Shown here piece after piece: positions 8,512 to 12,578 of a DNA stretch of 12,578 nt. The notes beneath the pieces were generated by a model. The model was not told the DNA's origin, searched no databases, and was given only the letters and a program-made list of their open reading frames with translations. The stretch is taken from positions 1-12,578 of the forward strand of contig JAZDCZ010000233.1 of the NCBI GenBank assembly GCA_036679605.1, given 5' to 3'. Within the stretch, counting starts at the first letter, position 1. Each line of letters opens with the position of its first letter. The DNA comes from Gemmatimonadota bacterium. Lineage in GTDB: Bacteria > Gemmatimonadota > Gemmatimonadetes > Gemmatimonadales > GWC2-71-9. The position numbers and the translations under genes were made by a program.

Positions 8512-8652
8512 ACGATCACCTTCGGCCCACGGGTGACGCGAGGCGTGGGCGTTGCGCTGAAGGGCTCACACAATCAGTGGGATATCAGGGTTGGCGGCGC
8601 GGCACCAAGCGACCCGATCCGGGATTCCGGTGATGCTATGCGTGCCGCTTAA

Positions 8653-8763
8653 CAGTACAGCGCAAGGTCGCTCGTAGCGCAGGCTTCCAGCCTGCACGAC
8701 TCGCGATGACGATGCAGGCAGGATGCCTGCGCTACGAGTTCCTGGCGACTTTGCGCTGTACTG
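8653..8763. mobile_element. MITE-like element A1 (111 bp, near-perfect palindrome) carrying an inverted GTAG-type REP pair
   Basis: TIRs 8653-8671 and 8745-8763 (18/19). TTAA on both sides (8649-8652, 8764-8767). Inner units GTAGCGCAGGCTTCCAGCCTGCA (8674-8696) and TGCAGGCAGGATGCCTGCGCTAC (8713-8735). A second copy lies at 12132-12242. Confidence 0.85.
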
Positions 8764-8846
8764 TTAAGATGGGGAGGCGCTGACCATTCGGAGTGACCGG
8801 AGGCCGGAAACGGTCGGCTCGCGTCGTTCTTCGGCCTTTTCGGCCC

Positions 8847-8874
8847 TTGATTTTTGGCTGTGACTTCTTAAGGT
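8847..8874 (+). promoter_or_regulatory. Candidate sigma70-type promoter for the epsI-exosortase-epimerase-vanZ block
   Basis: TTGATT (8847-8852), 16-nt spacer, TAAGGT (8869-8874) in a locally T-rich stretch. A strong AGGAGG at 8921-8926 precedes ATG 8937. Motif match only. Confidence 0.3.
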
Positions 8875-8936
8875 GGGTTGTTCCTCTCCCGAATTGAAGC
8901 GGTGAGGAGGGTGAGGCGACAGGAGGGCGGGTTCAG

Positions 8937-9731
8937 ATGAGCGCGACCAATCGTCCGGGATCCGGGCTGTGGATGCCCACCATCGCTGCGCTGGTGGCGC
9001 TCGCGCTCGGCGGGACCGTCTACCGAGCGATCACCAATCGCTTCGAACGCGCGTCCACTGCCGTGCCACTGCCTGCGGGCACGCTCAATGCCGTGCCCAT
9101 CGGAATCGGCTCGTGGACCGGAAAAGACGTGCCGCTCGATCCGGACATCGTCCGCGCCACGGACACCGATGATCTGCTGAACCGCCAGTACAGGCGTCCC
9201 GGCGGGGGCAACCCGGTGGGCCTGTACATCGCCTACGGGGGACGCCTCAGAGAGTTGGCGCCGCACCGACCTGAGGTCTGCTATCCGGGCGCGGGCTGGG
9301 TCATCGCAGATGTCCACGAGGCAAGTCTCTCGCTATCGGACGGCAAGGAAATGCCGTGTCAGATTCACCATTTCGTCAAGGGCGGCCTCTCATCGCAGAA
9401 GATCGTCGTGCTTAGCTGCTACCTGATTGACGGGCGCTTCGCCGGAGACATTTCGGAGGTTCGATCACTCGCTTGGCAGTTCGACGCCAGCGCTTCACAC
9501 ATGGCCCACATCCAGGTCGTCTCGAACGTGCGAGGCCCCATGGACAAAACCGAGGCACGCGTCCGCGAGTTTGCGACGCTCGCTGCACCGAGAATTGATG
9601 ATGTGCTTGCAGATGCCATCGCCGAGCAGGAAGCGGAGCAGTCCTCTCTGTCTGCAGACGCCGAAGCGGCGAAGTCTCTTCCGAGGTCTCTCGGCATCTC
9701 GCGGCATCTAATATCGGGAGCCACACCATGA
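8937..9731 (+). CDS. epsI: Exosortase-associated EpsI family protein
   Basis: N-terminal membrane anchor, P..IGSW.G.D, LNRQYR, LYIAY and the hallmark HRPEVCYPGAGW. It has an AGGAGG RBS and an ATGA overlap with the exosortase gene. Confidence 0.85.
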   Translation: MSATNRPGSGLWMPTIAALVALALGGTVYRAITNRFERASTAVPLPAGTLNAVPIGIGSWTGKDVPLDPDIVRATDTDDLLNRQYRRPGGGNPVGLYIAYGGRLRELAPHRPEVCYPGAGWVIADVHEASLSLSDGKEMPCQIHHFVKGGLSSQKIVVLSCYLIDGRFAGDISEVRSLAWQFDASASHMAHIQVVSNVRGPMDKTEARVREFATLAAPRIDDVLADAIAEQEAEQSSLSADAEAAKSLPRSLGISRHLISGATP

Positions 9732-10630
9732 CGAACGGAAGGGCGAATCCAGGTACTCTAGCCGCGCACCCCACGTCGTGGCCACGTGGGTTTACGATGC
9801 CGCTGACCGTTGGATGCCTGGTCGTCTGTTTCGTCTGGGCGTTCTGGTCGACCATCACCGGCCTGATCAACGACTGGCAAGGCGACCCGAATTACTCGGT
9901 CGGCCAGCTCGTCCCGTTCGCCGCGCTCTATCTGATTTGGATCGATCGGTCGAACCTGACCAAGCACGACCGTTCCACGTGCTGGTGGGGCCTCGCGATC
10001 ATCCTCGTCGCGCAGCTCGCGCGGCTTTACGGCCTCCTGTTCTTGTTCGAGTCCGCCCAACGCTACGCGCTCGTGCTGACCATCGTCGGCGTCGTTCTGC
10101 TCGTGTGCGGTTGGCGCATCTTCTGGGCGGCGCGTTGGATCCTGCTCTTTTTGTTCCTCATGGTCCCCCTGCCCGGGAAGATTCACAACACCATCTCGGG
10201 ACCACTGCAAAACCTGGCGACCGAAGGCGCCGTGTCCGCCCTTGAGCTGCTCGGCATCGCGGTGACCAACGAGGGGAATGTCATGGTGCTCAATGACCAT
10301 GTGTCGGTGAGCGTCGTTGAAGCCTGCAGCGGCCTGCGGATGCTCACCGCGTTCATCATTGTGGCGGCTGCGTTCGCCTATATCGTGGGGCGACCCCGCT
10401 GGCAGAAGGTCGCCCTGATCATATCGAGCATCCCGGTGGCGATTGCATGCAATCTGATCCGGCTGGTCGTCACCGCCCTGCTGTTCATGATTGTCAGCGG
10501 GGAAATTGCCAAGACCTTTTTCCACGATTTCGCAGGTTGGACCATGATGCCACTCGCCATCGCCATGCTGGCCGGAGAACTGTGGATCATGTCCAAACTC
10601 GTGGTCACCGAACCGAAGGGAAAGACCTAG
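9728..10630 (+). CDS. Exosortase/archaeosortase family protein (EpsH-like transpeptidase)
   Basis: About 8 TM segments with an intact Cys-Arg-His triad: VVEACSGLRML, NLIRL, FHDFAG. Also W..DPNYS.G and LFLMVPLP. Confidence 0.92.
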   Translation: MTNGRANPGTLAAHPTSWPRGFTMPLTVGCLVVCFVWAFWSTITGLINDWQGDPNYSVGQLVPFAALYLIWIDRSNLTKHDRSTCWWGLAIILVAQLARLYGLLFLFESAQRYALVLTIVGVVLLVCGWRIFWAARWILLFLFLMVPLPGKIHNTISGPLQNLATEGAVSALELLGIAVTNEGNVMVLNDHVSVSVVEACSGLRMLTAFIIVAAAFAYIVGRPRWQKVALIISSIPVAIACNLIRLVVTALLFMIVSGEIAKTFFHDFAGWTMMPLAIAMLAGELWIMSKLVVTEPKGKT

Positions 10631-11599
10631 ATGAAGGTACTGGTGACCGGCGGCGCGGGGTTCATCGGTTCGCACCTCTGCGAGGCGCTCCTGGGTGCAT
10701 CACACCAAGTGGTCGCGTTGGACGTCTTCGACGAGTTCTACGATCCCGCCATCAAGCGCGCCAACATCCGCCTCTCCCAAGCGAACGACCGCTTTGTGCT
10801 CGCCGAAGGAGACATCCGGGACGCACCGTTCGTTGGGCGTTTGCTGGGTGAACACCACCCCGATGTGATTGTTCACCTCGCCGCCCGCGCCGGAGTCAGG
10901 CCCTCCATCGAAGACCCACTGCTCTATCAGGATGTCAACATCCGCGGCACGAACGTGCTGCTGGAGGCCACCCGCCGGCAGGGCGTGACGAAGTTCGTGT
11001 TCGCGAGCAGTTCGAGTGTGTATGGGAACAACGAGAAGGTGCCCTTCGCCGAGTCGGACGTTGTCGACTTTCCGATCTCGCCCTACGCAGCCACCAAAAA
11101 AGCGGGCGAACTGCTCTGCCACACCTATCATCATCTCTTCGGCATGGATGTCACCTGCCTGCGCTTCTTCACCGTCTACGGCCCGCGACAGAGGCCTGAC
11201 CTGGCCATCCACAAGTTCGCGAAACTGATCGAAGCCGGTCGCCCGATCCCCGTCTTCGGTGACGGAACCATGATGCGCGACTTCACCTTCGTCGAGGACA
11301 TCGTGAATGGGACGATGCGCGCCATCGAACGGTGCAAGGGCTACTCCATCTTCAACCTCGGCGGATCGCATCCGGTCGCTCTCAGTGCGTTGATCGAGAT
11401 GATCGAGAAGGCGCTCGGCAAAGAAGCGATCATCGAGAGGCTTCCGCAGCCACCGGGCGACGTCGATCGCACGTTCGCCGACCTGTCGCGTTCAGAGGCG
11501 GCGCTGGATTATCGACCTCGAACGCGATTGGAGGACGGGCTAGAGCGTTTCGTGCAATGGCTCCGCAAAGGTGACCCCGTCGCCTCCTCAACTTCCTGA
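10631..11599 (+). CDS. NAD-dependent epimerase/dehydratase, UDP-glucuronate 4-epimerase-like
   Basis: TGGAGFIGSH, HLAARAGVRPS, ASSSSVYG, catalytic YAATK, LRFFTVYGPRQRPDLA and QPPGDV. The ATG immediately follows the exosortase stop codon. Confidence 0.92.
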   Translation: MKVLVTGGAGFIGSHLCEALLGASHQVVALDVFDEFYDPAIKRANIRLSQANDRFVLAEGDIRDAPFVGRLLGEHHPDVIVHLAARAGVRPSIEDPLLYQDVNIRGTNVLLEATRRQGVTKFVFASSSSVYGNNEKVPFAESDVVDFPISPYAATKKAGELLCHTYHHLFGMDVTCLRFFTVYGPRQRPDLAIHKFAKLIEAGRPIPVFGDGTMMRDFTFVEDIVNGTMRAIERCKGYSIFNLGGSHPVALSALIEMIEKALGKEAIIERLPQPPGDVDRTFADLSRSEAALDYRPRTRLEDGLERFVQWLRKGDPVASSTS

Positions 11600-12080
11600 A
11601 CATGCTTCGTGTGCCGATCCGCCGGCGGGTCGGGGAAGGAGCGAACGCCCGGTGGTGTATTGGCGTGCCGCTGCCGTTATGTGGATGGCGTTGATCTTCG
11701 CTCTGAGTGCTTGGCCCGGGGCGTCGAGCAGCGGAACGCACACCTTCTTCGGGGATTGGAACGCGATCGCTCGAACCGCCGCACACCTCGGCGTGTTCGG
11801 GATCCTGGCCGGGCTTTGCAAACAAGCGCTCACGCCCGCGACGGGTTCATACTCGAAGAGCAGGTGGGGCGTCGCGTTTCTTGTCGCCACATTCTACGGC
11901 GCATCGGACGAGGTGCATCAGCTCTTCGTGCCGGGTCGGTTTGGTCGTTGGCAGGACGTGCTGAGCGACTCTGTCGGCGCAGCGATCGTCCTCGGGGCCA
12001 TGTGGTTCTACGCGAGCGCATCAACGCGCTTCGTGCCCGAGCGGCCCGATGCGCAAACCGGTCGGACCACCGATGAATAG
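11571..12080 (+). CDS. VanZ-like family membrane protein
   Basis: WMALIFALS, AHLGVFGILA and YGASDEVHQLFVPGR...DVLSD are VanZ-like motifs. The GTG start overlaps the epimerase end, and the exact start is uncertain. Confidence 0.85.
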   Translation: MTPSPPQLPEHASCADPPAGRGRSERPVVYWRAAAVMWMALIFALSAWPGASSSGTHTFFGDWNAIARTAAHLGVFGILAGLCKQALTPATGSYSKSRWGVAFLVATFYGASDEVHQLFVPGRFGRWQDVLSDSVGAAIVLGAMWFYASASTRFVPERPDAQTGRTTDE

Positions 12081-12127
12081 CAGCCGTCGAACAAGGCTGG
12101 TTCTATTGTGTGCCACCGGTTTCCAAC
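12081..12127. repeat. Degenerate left end of a family-B element plus the first REP-like unit
   Basis: CAGCC-GTCGAACAAGGCTGGTTCTATTGTGTGCCACCGGTTTCCAAC aligns with 1096-1142 (CAGCTTGTTGAAAAAAGCCAA-TCTACCATGTGGTACCGGTTTCCAAC). Both begin directly after a stop codon. Confidence 0.55.
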
Positions 12128-12131
12128 TTAG

Positions 12132-12242
12132 CACTACAGCGCAAAGTCGCTTGCAGCGCAGGCTTCCAGCCTGCATGAGCCTCGATAACGATGCAGGCAG
12201 GGTGCCTGCGCTACGAATTCACGACGACTTTGCTCTGTAGGG
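12132..12242. mobile_element. MITE-like element A2 (111 bp), paralog of A1
   Basis: Ungapped alignment to 8653-8763 with 17 mismatches by hand count (about 85% identity). TIRs 12132-12149 and 12225-12242 (16/18). Exact TTAG direct repeats at 12128-12131 and 12243-12246. Confidence 0.85.
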
Positions 12243-12246
12243 TTAG

Positions 12247-12363
12247 CAGCCTGTTCAAAAAGTAGCGTTGGCCCCCTGTGGCCAACGTGGAGCGCCGCTA
12301 GACGCTCGACAAACCGCGTCGCCCACGGGGGGGCGGCGCTACATCGAGTTTTTCAACGGGCTG
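12247..12363. mobile_element. MITE-like element B2 (117 bp) carrying a different inverted GTAG-type REP pair
   Basis: TIRs CAGCCTGTTCAAAAA (12247-12261) and TTTTTCAACGGGCTG (12349-12363), 13/15. Flanks are TTAG and TCAG. Inner GTAGCGTTGGCCCCCTGTGGCCAACG (12262-12287, 8-bp stem) and an inverted partner at 12317-12342. Confidence 0.75.
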
Positions 12364-12367
12364 TCAG

Positions 12368-12463
12368 GTGTGGCACCGGTTTCCAACCGGGTGTGGCCCC
12401 GGTTTCCAACTTGGGTGTGGCACCGGTTTCCAACTTGGGTGTGGCACCGGTTTCCAACCGGTG
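12368..12463. repeat. Tandem array of four 23-25 bp REP-like palindromic units
   Basis: GTGTGGC(A/C)CCGGTTTCCAAC(CGG/TTGG) at 12368, 12391, 12415 and 12439. The last unit is a full hairpin, CACCGGTT-TCC-AACCGGTG. There are no spacers. Confidence 0.9.
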
Positions 12464-12578
12464 AGTGTACTGGTTCAGCGTGAATTGGACAATCCGCCCT
12501 TGGTGCTAAGCAACTCCCCGTCACGCGCGTGGCGGGTTCCTTGGTTCTCATCTTTGCCTCCGGCGGGAGTGCTCGGCC

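Noticed and set aside
8653..8763. Rho-independent terminator, tRNA or integron attC site
   Set aside because: There is no U-tract, no cloverleaf and no integrase. The nested TIR + REP structure, target duplication and second copy fit a miniature mobile element better.
9758..11371. Long antisense ORFs 9758-10675 and 10700-11371
   Set aside because: They are shadows of well-supported + strand genes, as expected with high-GC codon bias.
11571..12080. Glycopeptide resistance determinant
   Set aside because: VanZ-like proteins are widespread in surface-polysaccharide and exosortase loci, and no other van genes are present.
12368..12463. CRISPR array
   Set aside because: The palindromic 23-25 bp units are directly adjacent with no unique spacers, no cas genes are present, and the same unit occurs dispersed at 1125-1147.
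12049..12551. Small ORFs 12049-12240, 12268-12483 and 12339-12551
   Set aside because: They are translations of palindromic or tandem repeats (VWHRFPTW repeats) with no protein-like features.

Overview
A GC-rich, all + strand cell-surface glycan/protein-sorting locus. The style suggests Planctomycetota/Phycisphaerae, but this is inference only. Gene order: two GT-C (ArnT/PMT-like, GT39-type) membrane glycosyltransferases (the first is cut by the window edge), a polytopic membrane protein, a PHP-like metallohydrolase, a GT4 glycosyltransferase, a GlpD-like FAD oxidoreductase with a probably aberrant C-terminus, an EpsI-family protein, an exosortase, a UDP-glucuronate 4-epimerase-like SDR and a VanZ-like protein. 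The most unusual signal is non-coding. Five complete 111-142 bp miniature elements and one partial one each consist of an IS-like terminal-inverted-repeat shell (two shell families) flanked by 4-bp NTAR direct repeats, which are exact in three cases. Each shell encloses REP-like hairpins from one of four families, so the same shell occurs with different cargo. After vanZ, two elements are stacked in one TTAG site inside a tandem REP array, and removing them restores the 24-bp repeat register. No transposase, RNA gene or CRISPR array is visible.
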